Shown: positions 22,050 to 31,398, counted from the first letter of the stretch. The stretch is 64,000 nt of DNA from Cyanobacteriota bacterium (GCA_033764955.1 JANRIL010000005.1:32001-96000); one strand, 5' to 3'. Notes: generated by a model not told the origin, from the sequence alone. Numbers and translations are program-made.

Positions 22050-22141
22050 TATTAACAGCGTTGCCCATTACCCGCCGCAGAGAACCTCTGTCTGATAACT
22101 GACCAATTTTCAGCAGTCGGCATGCATGGGTATGGTTATGC
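22050..22141 (-). mobile_element. attC site (partly degenerate)
   Basis: TATTAAC...GCCCATTACCCG...CGGCATGCATGGGTATG-GTTATGC imperfect inverted repeat; R'' matches the cassette start at 22720. Confidence 0.7.
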
Positions 22142-22192
22142 ACCGATCGCCTACGGACGGCTACTACAACAATGGGATCCCATTCTCAATGC

Positions 22193-22636
22193 TCATGAAT
22201 TGGATCGCCCTAGATCGAATAAGAACATCACATGGTCGCTTGGTGGTTCTGGACTGCCAATAGTTGCATAAAGGCTCATCGCTGCCGTATTATCGCGATC
22301 GGTCAACACCCAAGCGAATTCACAATTTAACTCCCGTCCTACCATAAGTATTGCATTCATCAATTGCTTCCCGATACCTTGCCGCCGATAGTTTTCTGCA
22401 ACACCAATTTCATTAATCCACAGTTCTGGACAAGGCTTGTCAGGATGAACATAATGAACAGCTGATACAAACCCGATGACAAGATTGCCATCAGTTGCGA
22501 CACCTAAATGGTGGCGAGGATCGCCGAGAAACTCAATAGCTCGTGGGATATTGATTGGGTGATCGAATACATCCGGATCGACGTTTTTGAGAATATCCAC
22601 ATCGCTGTGGTTGAGAATTTTGATTGTGATCGCCAT
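22193..22636 (-). CDS. GNAT N-acetyltransferase (cassette)
   Basis: ELWINEIGV..YRRQGIG, N.AA..LY. Confidence 0.85.
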   Translation of the reverse strand: MAITIKILNHSDVDILKNVDPDVFDHPINIPRAIEFLGDPRHHLGVATDGNLVIGFVSAVHYVHPDKPCPELWINEIGVAENYRRQGIGKQLMNAILMVGRELNCEFAWVLTDRDNTAAMSLYATIGSPEPPSDHVMFLFDLGRSNS

Positions 22637-22713
22637 AGTATCTTCTATGTAGATTCCCCTCACTTTAATAGATTATGGCCGATTCCCTGGCTCAGTCATC
22701 CATTGGACGAGCT

Positions 22714-22801
22714 GCATAACGTTCCGGTTGAGCGGCTGCCGATAACCTTTGCCACCTTACTAATCAACTTTATTCAGTCCGCTCCAACCGGGCTGGCAGG
22801 C
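22714..22801 (-). mobile_element. attC site with mutated R'' box
   Basis: GCATAAC-GTTCCGGTTGAGCGGCTG...CAGTCCGCTCCAACCGGGCT-GGCAGGC (GTTAGGC expected). Confidence 0.8.
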
Positions 22802-23181
22802 ACGCTTCGCCGCCAAGATATAAAAGTCAAAACCCAATACAAAAAGCCAACCAGACCGCCGCCATAAATAAGACCTAAAGATAGCACCGAGTTAAATGTA
22901 TAGTCTGGGTGATGTTCCAATAACTTGTGTAGCCCAGCATGAACTATAAGAAATGTAGTAAATGCAATCCGTGACCAGTGCCGAATACTTAGAGATTCGT
23001 TATTTGTTAACCACAGGAGTGCTGCAATCAATGGTATGTGAATAACCACAAAAGTAAATGATGCAATATGTTCAGGCAAGCTTCGTAGTATAAACAGCAA
23101 TCTCCATTCTGATTGCGTCATGGCATCAAGTTCGTGAGTGATGAGCGTCGCAAAGCCTAAGTGAAAAAGCAGGTTCCCCAT
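22774..23181 (-). CDS. Small four-TM membrane protein (DUF6713-like; cassette)
   Basis: THELDAM..EWRLL motif, hydrophobic; reads into attC. Confidence 0.65.
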   Translation of the reverse strand: MGNLLFHLGFATLITHELDAMTQSEWRLLFILRSLPEHIASFTFVVIHIPLIAALLWLTNNESLSIRHWSRIAFTTFLIVHAGLHKLLEHHPDYTFNSVLSLGLIYGGGLVGFLYWVLTFISWRRSVPASPVGAD

Positions 23182-23272
23182 AAAATATTAGATTCCTCTG
23201 TTTGGACTTTACAACTGGGGGAGTGGCTAAGATTTTTACAAAGCATGATACTTCTCTATCATAAATTCTGCT

Positions 23273-23327
23273 GCCTAACGACCTAGCTCCCCACGCCCGC
23301 CAGATCAGGTGCAGCGCCTGGTTCGGC
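23273..23327 (-). mobile_element. Short (55 bp) attC of a different family
   Basis: Minus strand GCCGAAC-CAGGC-GCTGCACC...GGGGAGC-TAGGTC-GTTAGGC. Confidence 0.75.
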
Positions 23328-23342
23328 ATGCCCACTACAACT

Positions 23343-23686
23343 CTAACTGCTTGGGCGATTGACGGGAATCAATTGTCCATGAAGATCAGGTATTGGCTGG
23401 ATTGTGTTGTGAATCCGTCTCGCCTGCCCTGTGAAGTCGGGATCAACGGTGCAGACAATAACGCGCCCGCATGCCTCGAATCCTGGTTATGCAGGCGGAT
23501 GAAGTCTCTCCGGTTGAGGGTCAGTACTGCTCGATCTCCCGAGATCGCGAGTTTAAGCACTTCAGGATCAGCAACTGCCTCGCTCGCTCTCCCTCGTTCT
23601 TGGATCGTGACCACGTCGTGTTCCAGAGACCGCAGCCCCTCAACAACCGGGATCGGAAAGTTCTCATTAGAGTACATGCGAGCCAA
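23343..23686 (-). pseudogene. DUF5615 PIN-like toxin, frameshifted
   Basis: NENFP, D..VL, LTLNRRDF, HAG; an extra GC at 23463-64 shifts the frame away from VIVCTVDPDF...VNRPSS*. Confidence 0.75.
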
Positions 23687-23688
23687 GA

Positions 23689-24064
23689 CTACTCCTCTTC
23701 GTTCTCGCGGATCTCCTTCTCGATCTCAATCCGGTGCCTGGCAGCATACGACCATGCTTGGACAAGGTCAACAGCTCGCAGAGTGGGGTAGCTGCGAAGG
23801 ATGTCGATCTCAGAGGCTCCAAGTTGCCGCATTCGCTCAACCGTCCACACCGGGATTTGCGTGCGGATAAAGCGAGCCGCCCCACCACAGACGCTTGGAG
23901 TCGCAACGATCGAGGGGTGCTCTTGGGCGTGGTGCTGCGGAAGCCATCTGAACATGAACGGATGGAATGGGAGCATCTGCTACGAGAGAGCGAAGGTAAG
24001 TTCTTCGCTCTCAACTGGGTTCAGTTCAGCGATCTGAATCCATAATTCGGTTAAGCTTCAGCAT
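23689..24064 (-). pseudogene. DUF433 antitoxin, N-terminus apparently disrupted (intact core ORF 23689-23976)
   Basis: TPSVCGGAARF.RTQIPVW...YPTL core; in-frame TAG at 23980-82 and an out-of-frame ATG near 24064. Confidence 0.65.
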
Positions 24065-24121
24065 AAATCTACCTGAGCTTCCGTGCTCTATTATCAGTCC
24101 GCCACAGATCAACGGAAAGCC

Positions 24122-24180
24122 ACCGAACGGTCGCGCTCACCCGCCGTGAGTCATCTATCACGCTCACAGGATTGTTATGC
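24122..24180 (-). mobile_element. Internally deleted attC site
   Basis: R'' GCATAAC and L'/R' arm GGTGAGC-GCGACC-GTTCGGT are present, but the L'' partner is missing. Confidence 0.65.
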
Positions 24181-24209
24181 CGTTCGTAAGTGGATCTAAT
24201 TAGACGTTG

Positions 24210-24641
24210 CTAACTGAGAGCAGGTGGTGCAAGACTTGGTGCAACTTCTGGATTGGGCAAAGCAGGTAAAGGTTCTTCAGAAGTTGGCATATCAAGATGC
24301 TGTGTGTAAATCACTTGATAGAGTTGGGGTTCTGACTTAACCACAAGCCCTTGAAGACGCTGCAAATGATCAGCAAAACCAGGGCTATTTCGCATCGCAA
24401 CATAATCTTCCACAGAGGTGAAGTGAGCATAGTTAGCTGCCCGTGTGCGATCCAGACTAACGTGTAAATTAGCTGTGTAACCACCTGGGAATTGACCCTT
24501 TAATCGCTTATACTCACTAACCTGTGTAGCGACAAATTGTTCCGTCTTATCAGGATTAAGTGTAAATATATTGATCAGTACAATGCCATTGCCGACGTGA
24601 ATAAGGTTAACCGGAAATCCATTTTCTAACTGTATGTCCAT
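24210..24641 (-). CDS. Antibiotic-biosynthesis-monooxygenase (ABM)-like protein (cassette)
   Basis: LINIFT...ANLHVSLD..RAANYAHF ABM-like pattern. Confidence 0.7.
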   Translation of the reverse strand: MDIQLENGFPVNLIHVGNGIVLINIFTLNPDKTEQFVATQVSEYKRLKGQFPGGYTANLHVSLDRTRAANYAHFTSVEDYVAMRNSPGFADHLQRLQGLVVKSEPQLYQVIYTQHLDMPTSEEPLPALPNPEVAPSLAPPALS

Positions 24642-24664
24642 AAATCTACTCCTGCGATACTAGC

Positions 24665-25399
24665 TTATAGAATTCCGCCATTGACTTGAATTGTTTGACC
24701 ATTGACCCAACGAGCATCATCAGATGCCAGAAATGCAACCACATCTGCGATATCAGTAGGCTGTCCAAGCCGTCCTAGTGGAGTTGATTGGATCAACTGG
24801 TTTAAGGCATCAGCAGGCATAATTAATCCATCCGTTTCAGTAACGCCTGGTGATACCAAATTCACAGTGATACCCCGATGCCCTAACTCTTTAGACAGGG
24901 CAAAACTAAATTGTTCGATCGCAGCTTTACTAGCAGCGTAGACTCCTCCCATCGGAATACTTTGCTTGGTTGCACCACTAGACAGGCTAATGATGCGTCC
25001 ACCATCACTAAGATGCTTTGCCGCTTCTTGCAAGGCAAAAAATGTTCCCTTAGCATTGGTGTTGAAGACCCGATCGAAATCAGATTCAGTCATGTCAATT
25101 GTCGGTTTGTAAACAGATACGCCGACATTGTTGACTACGATATCAACTTGACCAAATATGTCGAGAATCTGAGCAAATAGATTTCGGGTATCTTCAATAC
25201 GACTGGTGTCTGATTGAATCGCGATCGCTTGCACTCCATTGCTCTGAATGCCAGCAACTACTGCTTCTGCTTTTTCTCGGTTGCCTGCATAGGTGATTGC
25301 AACTTTTGCACGCTCACGCCCCAATCGTTCGGCGATTGCTCGCCCAATCCCCCGCGATGCGCCCGTAACCAACGCTACTTTCCCTTGCAATGAAGACAT
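24665..25399 (-). CDS. SDR oxidoreductase (cassette)
   Basis: TGASRGIG, YAASK, PG.TET. Confidence 0.92.
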   Translation of the reverse strand: MSSLQGKVALVTGASRGIGRAIAERLGRERAKVAITYAGNREKAEAVVAGIQSNGVQAIAIQSDTSRIEDTRNLFAQILDIFGQVDIVVNNVGVSVYKPTIDMTESDFDRVFNTNAKGTFFALQEAAKHLSDGGRIISLSSGATKQSIPMGGVYAASKAAIEQFSFALSKELGHRGITVNLVSPGVTETDGLIMPADALNQLIQSTPLGRLGQPTDIADVVAFLASDDARWVNGQTIQVNGGIL

Positions 25400-25517
25400 C
25401 ACTTTGTTTCCTTATTCTGAAACACTGAAATTGACCAATAACAAGGTATGCTTTTACTGATTTTTTGGGAAGTACTTACTTTTTTGTAAGTCCCTATTGC
25501 TCATCAGGTATAAAATC

Positions 25518-25850
25518 ATGCAGCCAGAGCAAAACGACGGCACACTATTTGTACAGGCGACACTAAAAGTTCTGGGTGGAAAGTGGAAGCTTTTAATTTT
25601 GTGGCATCTAAAAGATTCAGCAAAGCGGTATAGCGAACTGAAGCGCTTAATTCCTGAAATCACTGAAAAAATGATGATCCAGCAACTTCGCGAACTAGAA
25701 CAAGATGGAATTATTAGCCGTAGAATGCTTTCAGATATGCCACCAAAAGTCGAATACGCTTTCACAGCCTATGGCATAACGCTCATACCCATCTTTAAGC
25801 CCTTGTGCGAGTGGGGGCAAGAGCATCTAAAACGTATCAGTACTGATTGA
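25518..25850 (+). CDS. HxlR-family transcriptional regulator (cassette, divergent)
   Basis: GGKWKLLILWHL, LRELEQDG, PPKVEY. Confidence 0.9.
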   Translation: MQPEQNDGTLFVQATLKVLGGKWKLLILWHLKDSAKRYSELKRLIPEITEKMMIQQLRELEQDGIISRRMLSDMPPKVEYAFTAYGITLIPIFKPLCEWGQEHLKRISTD

Positions 25851-25854
25851 GACA

Positions 25855-25941
25855 GCATAACGGCTCAAATCAGCGGCAGCAGACAACCTTTACGACTCTA
25901 CCAGGGGCTTTCAACCGTCCGCTGCATTTGAATTGTTAGAC
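25855..25941 (-). mobile_element. attC site (intact)
   Basis: GCATAAC-GGCTCAAATCAGCGG...CCGCTGCATTTGAATT-GTTAGAC; R'' complements the cassette start at 29751. Confidence 0.9.
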
Positions 25942-25996
25942 ATCGTTTAACCTGTAGTATCTTTACAAGGGTTTGAATAACAACTCTCGTCAAACA

Positions 25997-28588
25997 TCAT
26001 ACTTGCACTTGCTGCTGCACCTGTAAAGATGCTTGAGCTTGGACAAATGAGTTGTAAATAGCAATTTCCGAGTTGACAATCTCAAAACTAATAGTTAAGG
26101 CGTAAGGTACTTGAGCAGTTAAATCATTATTCCAGCCTTTATGCGCTACAATCGCTATACAGAAGGTATCTCGCAAGTCGAAAGATTTGACTACTGCCCA
26201 ATCTTTTTGAATTGTTCCAACTCCTCTGGAGGTATCCTTAACTCGTCTACTATGATTTTTTTGCTGCCCAAGCGTCCAATCGAATAACCCCGATCCATCT
26301 TCTTGATCTTCAGAGGCTTCGTATTTTTCAAGAACCCTAGCTAGAAACTTATCTGGTGATTCTTCTTTTTGGCTACATTCCCAATGTAACCAAGTAGATA
26401 AATATTTACGTTTGTTGCGTCGTGTTCGACGTGGTTCAGCTTTGTAAGAAAGCGTAATCTCAACAAGAATATCAAAAGCTTCTGCCGGAGACTGTAGCTC
26501 CTCTGGAATAATTACTTGGTAGATATGTGCTTGCCGCGCTCGGATGAGACTGTCCCCATTAGTAATCAATGTCACACGGTTAGGTGCATTACCAAGTGCA
26601 CGTTCAAGATTGGGCAAACCATATCCCATCATACGAATGGCTGGTGAAAGATCGAGTTCATTATTTGTCCATGAAGGTAATCGTGCTGACTGCACAATCA
26701 AAGCTTTATAGAGCAAACAGCTTTCCTGAGGAAAATTAGATGCTAATGCTGCTGCAATATGAGTAACTTTAGGTGCTGCGAAGGAAGTCCCTATGCTATC
26801 TGCTGCGATCGCTGGTGCTCCCCCCATCGTTGTCCGTACTAACTCAGGGCAAACATCTTTAGGTGTAGAAAAGCTGGGTGGATTTCCTTCATCCTTAACC
26901 CAATCACCTCCATATTCAACGACTTCAGGTTTTATCGAATCCCAAATGCCGTAGCCTGTGCAAGAAAATGCTGAAGGATAATCTTGTGATGCTACAGAAG
27001 TGAGAGGTGGATTATTGTAGGTGCAGTGAGCAATTGATCCCACTGTTAAAGCTTGAAAACTTTGAGCAGGATTCGCGATACGAGACGAATCCTGCAACAG
27101 AAAGTTTGGATATGTACATCCTTTTTGGAAATATTCTGTGAGCGTTCCACGAGTGATACTAAGCCCTACACCTCGCCCTCTAGGAAGGTTTCCTGCTGAA
27201 ACAATAAATAGAATATCGTTTAGCCATGTAAGGTAATCTATTTCAGCCGCCCAAGCACTCATGTAAGTTCTTCGACAAGGTGCAGAACTATTAATTGAAT
27301 GATTAAAGATGCGAGTGCCTGTTTGACCATGATAGAAATCCACAATGTACTTTAAGACATCTGGCATGTATAGTTTGTCCGGAAGCAGGCAATTCTGCCC
27401 TAAAACTCTAGCGTTCTGAAGCCAACAAATTGCCCTCTGTCGTCCAGTACGTGGAACTCCTTGAGGATATAAAACTGCTCCAGCGACTCGGGTGCCATGA
27501 CCACCGTCTGATACACGGTCTATTGTTTGGTCAGTCTCATAAGGAATCCAAGATCGCGAGTTAATACTATCTATAGCAACATGCAATAAGCGGTGACTTT
27601 CTTGAATACCACTGTCAACGATGCAGATTTTTGGAGCCAATGGAGATGGTGGATCAAGGTTAAAAGAGGATTGGTCAGGTGTTTCTAAGGTGCGCTCGAT
27701 TAATGGCTCAGCGGCCTGTTCTCGCTCTATGACCTCAAAAACATAGGGATAGTTCGTAACTAAATCTTTCAAACCCTTGCCAGAAATTTCGATCCGGCTA
27801 GAGAAGCTGTCAGGCAGCAGTGCAAGATGCGAACGATCATCATGATCACCAAGCAGAAGAAAATTTCCACCAAGATCTCTTACAAAATGTTCAAAATCAT
27901 TTTCTCTATCAAGTTGCAGCCTTTCCCATTCCTGTAAGGTTTGGTCACGCCTATCAGTCCATCTAGCAATCCTATGAGCATACCTCTCAGGATCTTCATT
28001 CTCATCTTGACGAGGGTAGTCCGAAAACCTAGAATTTAGGCCGACACAGGCAATACTGACATCAACCGTGTAAGTTTGACCATCTAGAATCTGATCCCAC
28101 TTAGAAAGTAAATCTGGTGAAAGAATATATTCTAGACGCTCAAACTTACCTTCTAGAATTTCCCAGATCTCAGCGACCTTCCCTCCGCCATGTTCTTCAG
28201 CAATAAACTTCTCGATTTTTTCCTGAAGTTTAGTCAACTCAGCATCAGCCGAAGCACCAAGGATATAGCCATCCTCAAGCTCAAGAATAACTTCGATACC
28301 AAAGCTCTTGAGGGTGTCTGCATCAAATGATTTTGGATCTACTTGAAGCAGAAACGAAGGAAGATTTGGAATGTCTGGCATTCCTTCTTGCTGACGTTTC
28401 TCCAAGGTAGCCTTCCAATCAGAAATAATTGATGATACAGAAGACTTAAGCCTCCCACCATGTCCACCTGCATCTCCTCGATTGGCATTAGAGCGATCAG
28501 ATCGCCGGGGTGGCCTTCCAGGACGTGCAAAATCTGTTTTTGTGAGTCTTAGTGGAATGTGCTTGAATTGTTCCGATCGCTCAGGCAT
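25997..28588 (-). CDS. S8 subtilisin-like serine protease (IetS-like)
   Basis: Triad IVDSG / GHGTRVAG / GTSFAAP; overlaps the AAA gene by 8 bp. Confidence 0.9.
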   Translation of the reverse strand: MPERSEQFKHIPLRLTKTDFARPGRPPRRSDRSNANRGDAGGHGGRLKSSVSSIISDWKATLEKRQQEGMPDIPNLPSFLLQVDPKSFDADTLKSFGIEVILELEDGYILGASADAELTKLQEKIEKFIAEEHGGGKVAEIWEILEGKFERLEYILSPDLLSKWDQILDGQTYTVDVSIACVGLNSRFSDYPRQDENEDPERYAHRIARWTDRRDQTLQEWERLQLDRENDFEHFVRDLGGNFLLLGDHDDRSHLALLPDSFSSRIEISGKGLKDLVTNYPYVFEVIEREQAAEPLIERTLETPDQSSFNLDPPSPLAPKICIVDSGIQESHRLLHVAIDSINSRSWIPYETDQTIDRVSDGGHGTRVAGAVLYPQGVPRTGRQRAICWLQNARVLGQNCLLPDKLYMPDVLKYIVDFYHGQTGTRIFNHSINSSAPCRRTYMSAWAAEIDYLTWLNDILFIVSAGNLPRGRGVGLSITRGTLTEYFQKGCTYPNFLLQDSSRIANPAQSFQALTVGSIAHCTYNNPPLTSVASQDYPSAFSCTGYGIWDSIKPEVVEYGGDWVKDEGNPPSFSTPKDVCPELVRTTMGGAPAIAADSIGTSFAAPKVTHIAAALASNFPQESCLLYKALIVQSARLPSWTNNELDLSPAIRMMGYGLPNLERALGNAPNRVTLITNGDSLIRARQAHIYQVIIPEELQSPAEAFDILVEITLSYKAEPRRTRRNKRKYLSTWLHWECSQKEESPDKFLARVLEKYEASEDQEDGSGLFDWTLGQQKNHSRRVKDTSRGVGTIQKDWAVVKSFDLRDTFCIAIVAHKGWNNDLTAQVPYALTISFEIVNSEIAIYNSFVQAQASLQVQQQVQV

Positions 28589-29624
28589 GAGAAGCTAAAA
28601 CGTCTTGAATTGATTCTTCTAGATGCTCTTGGATGACTAACTCTTCTCGATCCAGAATGGCTCGTTTCGCAGCATCTTGGGCAACCCTGACAACCTGTGC
28701 AGCAGAGAAATTGATCATCTTCTGAATAATCGAGTTCCAATCGATTGAGCCAACTTCAACCGAAGAGAGTGTCTGCTTCAGGATAACCTCAATTTCTCGC
28801 TCTGTCGGTTTTGGCACTTCAATAGCATCATCAAATCTTCGCCATACAGCTTCGTCTAGAAATTTAGTTAGATTAGTTGCAGCAACAAGCAAACCATTTG
28901 AAACCTCGTACTCGTCAAGTAGTTGAAGGAACGTGTTGACTACACGTTTGATTTCACCAACTTCCTGGCTATCTTCACGGGACTTAGCAAGCGCGTCACA
29001 TTCATCAATAAAAAGCAAACAAGGCGATGCAGCAGCTGTTTCAAATACTTCACGCAGGTTGGTCGCAGTTTCTCCTAAGTATGAGGATACCATTGCATCA
29101 AAGCGAACCTTGATCAAGGTTAAACCTGTGTTCCAAGCAATCCGTTCGGCTCCCATCGTTTTGCCGCACCCTGGAGAACCATAAAGTAAAATCTTTTGGC
29201 GATACCGTAAACCATGATGAGCAAGCCGATCACGAGCAGCATATTCCCGTTCAATACGGCGGAACCGTACTTCCACAGCATCAGAAAGGATCATATGATG
29301 CCGCAAATTCTCACGGGGAATCGTAACAATAAACGGATGATTGAATCTATGCTTGCTCGATAAGAGGGTGAGAGAGCGTGTGTCAGACGCTTTTGCAGCT
29401 TTCTCTAAGGACGCTGAAGGATTTGCTCGTACAGAACCTGATGATGATTTTTCAGATTTGGCAAGATTGGTGTTTTTCCGCAGAATGCCTTCGAGTTGGC
29501 TAGCAAGATTGATATGCCCTAGCTTGCGTTCTTCCTCTACTACGATGGCCAGCATACTCTGTATCGCCCGTGAGTCGTCACTGGCAACAGCACGGAATAA
29601 ACGTTTTAGCACCTCTCCCTTCAT
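28581..29624 (-). CDS. AAA+ ATPase (IetA-like)
   Basis: GSPGCGKT Walker A, LFIDECD Walker B, AATN, RRFD. Confidence 0.9.
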   Translation of the reverse strand: MKGEVLKRLFRAVASDDSRAIQSMLAIVVEEERKLGHINLASQLEGILRKNTNLAKSEKSSSGSVRANPSASLEKAAKASDTRSLTLLSSKHRFNHPFIVTIPRENLRHHMILSDAVEVRFRRIEREYAARDRLAHHGLRYRQKILLYGSPGCGKTMGAERIAWNTGLTLIKVRFDAMVSSYLGETATNLREVFETAAASPCLLFIDECDALAKSREDSQEVGEIKRVVNTFLQLLDEYEVSNGLLVAATNLTKFLDEAVWRRFDDAIEVPKPTEREIEVILKQTLSSVEVGSIDWNSIIQKMINFSAAQVVRVAQDAAKRAILDREELVIQEHLEESIQDVLASHA

Positions 29625-29744
29625 TCTTCGACCCGTCGCCCACAACCATACAGTTCCACTCTTACAATACCTAAACCTCCCGAAATCTTATGAAAACTTT
29701 ACAAAATTAAAATGTGTGCTCTTTGATTTGGTGTTGGCAATGAT

Positions 29745-29831
29745 GTCTAACGTTCCGGCTGAGCGGCTGCAAGTAACCTTTGCAACATAACCAGTATCTT
29801 TCAACAGTCCGCTCCAGCCGGGTTGTTAGCC
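29745..29831 (-). mobile_element. attC site (intact)
   Basis: GTCTAAC-GTTCCGGCTGAGCGGCTG...CAGTCCGCTCCAGCCGGGTT-GTTAGCC; extrahelical bases place the top strand on minus. Confidence 0.92.
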
Positions 29832-29859
29832 CCTTGACTGGGCTTTGCTGAGCAGATCT

Positions 29860-30255
29860 TTAAGCAATATGCCTAAACTCAAATTCTCCATTTACAACCT
29901 CAACTAAGATGATTAATCCACGCCCTACTGATTTAGCAAATTTGAGAGCCAAGTAAGCTTCTACAACATTTTTACCAATACCTACAGAAAATGTGGCGAC
30001 TAATCCTGAATGGATTTTAATAAGCTTTTCGATAAAAGATTGGTAACTTTTCACTTCAACTAGAAGACTGTCACCTCCTTGTAAATATGTTTTCCCTCCA
30101 ACACTATCAGCGGCTAAGCGGATACTATCGACCGACTTATTAACGGAATGACTATATTCTATTAATTCATCCAGTTTATTAGATATGATCAGTTTTTCTA
30201 TCTTGCGACCTACCAGATCTCCATCAATAGCAACGAAAAAAGATTCTATAGTCAT
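29860..30255 (-). CDS. mCpol (minimal CRISPR polymerase/Cas10 palm-like) nucleotide synthase
   Basis: VAIDGDLVGRKIE, GGDS, FSVGIG, AYLALKFAK motifs in a 131-aa standalone protein. Confidence 0.82.
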   Translation of the reverse strand: MTIESFFVAIDGDLVGRKIEKLIISNKLDELIEYSHSVNKSVDSIRLAADSVGGKTYLQGGDSLLVEVKSYQSFIEKLIKIHSGLVATFSVGIGKNVVEAYLALKFAKSVGRGLIILVEVVNGEFEFRHIA

Positions 30256-31268
30256 CGTCCTGAAAGCTTACTCCAAAATTCTTGACTAGCTCTTGCACAC
30301 CGGAAGCTTTCCAAAGCGAGATTAATACAAACTCGAACCTCATTAGCTTCAAACTTGTGAGATGAGATACCTGCATGAGCCGAAATATTTCTGAACATTC
30401 TCAAAGGTGTTAATAAGCCAGGAACCGTCAACACAGAATCTAAATTCTTATCAACGTAATCTCGGTTTCTGCTGCTTATCTCAGAGTATTTCCTGAAGAA
30501 GAAAGTGACTGCTCCCAGAGGGTCTTTTTGTTTCTTCAAATCAATATCGAAATCATTGGAAAATCTCTGTGCTGGCGGATAGTGCGTTAAAAAATCTAAA
30601 AGATCATTTATAAAAACCTCGCTTGAAGTTGTTGCATCCACTACTGCGCTGCGAAAATTGTCGCCTTGAAAAAAAGAGAATATACTTTTTCTCAAATCAT
30701 TACTTATTCTCTGAAGAAATGAACTTTCAGAAACCCCAGAAAATATTTTGTCAATTTCTTCAAGGTAAAAGATTAAGTCAAAATAGCTTAGCCGTGACAG
30801 ATCGGCAATTCCTGTAAATGGGGGTAGTTGAACATATTCATAATGTTCTCCCCAAACAGGTTCATCCGGTATTTCTCTTGGAGGAAACAATAGAGAGATG
30901 TAGTAAATATTTTCTATCTTTAGCAAACTTGCAGTGAGATAGAGTTGGGCAGTAACAGATTTTTGTCCATTGGTTAAGTCTACGTATTTAAGAGAATCTT
31001 CCTTGAAAACAGCAGTAAAATCTTCTGCCTTTCCAATTCCATCAGTGCTTAAGGGCACTTTTTCTATTCTTATTTGATTGCCTAAAAATGCTTCATATAA
31101 ATTGACCTGCTCAGTAAAAAGATTGTCCTTAAGAGCTTCAGACGAAGAGAAAAGGACAACTTTTAATATTGGAGTACTTCTATTTTTCTTTATCAAACTT
31201 TTTATAGTAATTGCTACAAGCCTAACTGTGTTAAGGTTTGTGTTTCCGCAAGTGTATAAAACAGACAT
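30252..31268 (-). CDS. CARF-HEPN effector (putative cyclic-oligonucleotide-sensing RNase)
   Basis: N-terminal Rossmann-like region with YVDLTNGQKS CARF motif; C-terminal RNISAH (RxxxxH). Confidence 0.78.
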   Translation of the reverse strand: MSVLYTCGNTNLNTVRLVAITIKSLIKKNRSTPILKVVLFSSSEALKDNLFTEQVNLYEAFLGNQIRIEKVPLSTDGIGKAEDFTAVFKEDSLKYVDLTNGQKSVTAQLYLTASLLKIENIYYISLLFPPREIPDEPVWGEHYEYVQLPPFTGIADLSRLSYFDLIFYLEEIDKIFSGVSESSFLQRISNDLRKSIFSFFQGDNFRSAVVDATTSSEVFINDLLDFLTHYPPAQRFSNDFDIDLKKQKDPLGAVTFFFRKYSEISSRNRDYVDKNLDSVLTVPGLLTPLRMFRNISAHAGISSHKFEANEVRVCINLALESFRCARASQEFWSKLSGR

Positions 31269-31344
31269 ACTATGCGCTCTGCACTCAATTTATGTTGATT
31301 CTGCCAATCATCTCTCAACTACGTCACAACAGACAAGGTGAAGG

Positions 31345-31380
31345 GGGCTAACTAGTTAGTATACGGAAATTTTCCGTATA
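31345..31380 (-). mobile_element. Candidate attI site
   Basis: Minus-strand GTTAGCCC at 31352-31345 exactly complements R'' of attC 29745-29831; adjacent perfect palindrome TATACGGAAA-T-TTTCCGTATA. Confidence 0.75.
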
Positions 31381-31398
31381 ACCTCCCATTTTAGGTTT

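Noticed and set aside
23328..23870. 180-aa plus-strand ORF and the many other overlapping antisense ORFs in the track
   Set aside because: Shadow frames of better-supported genes on the opposite strand
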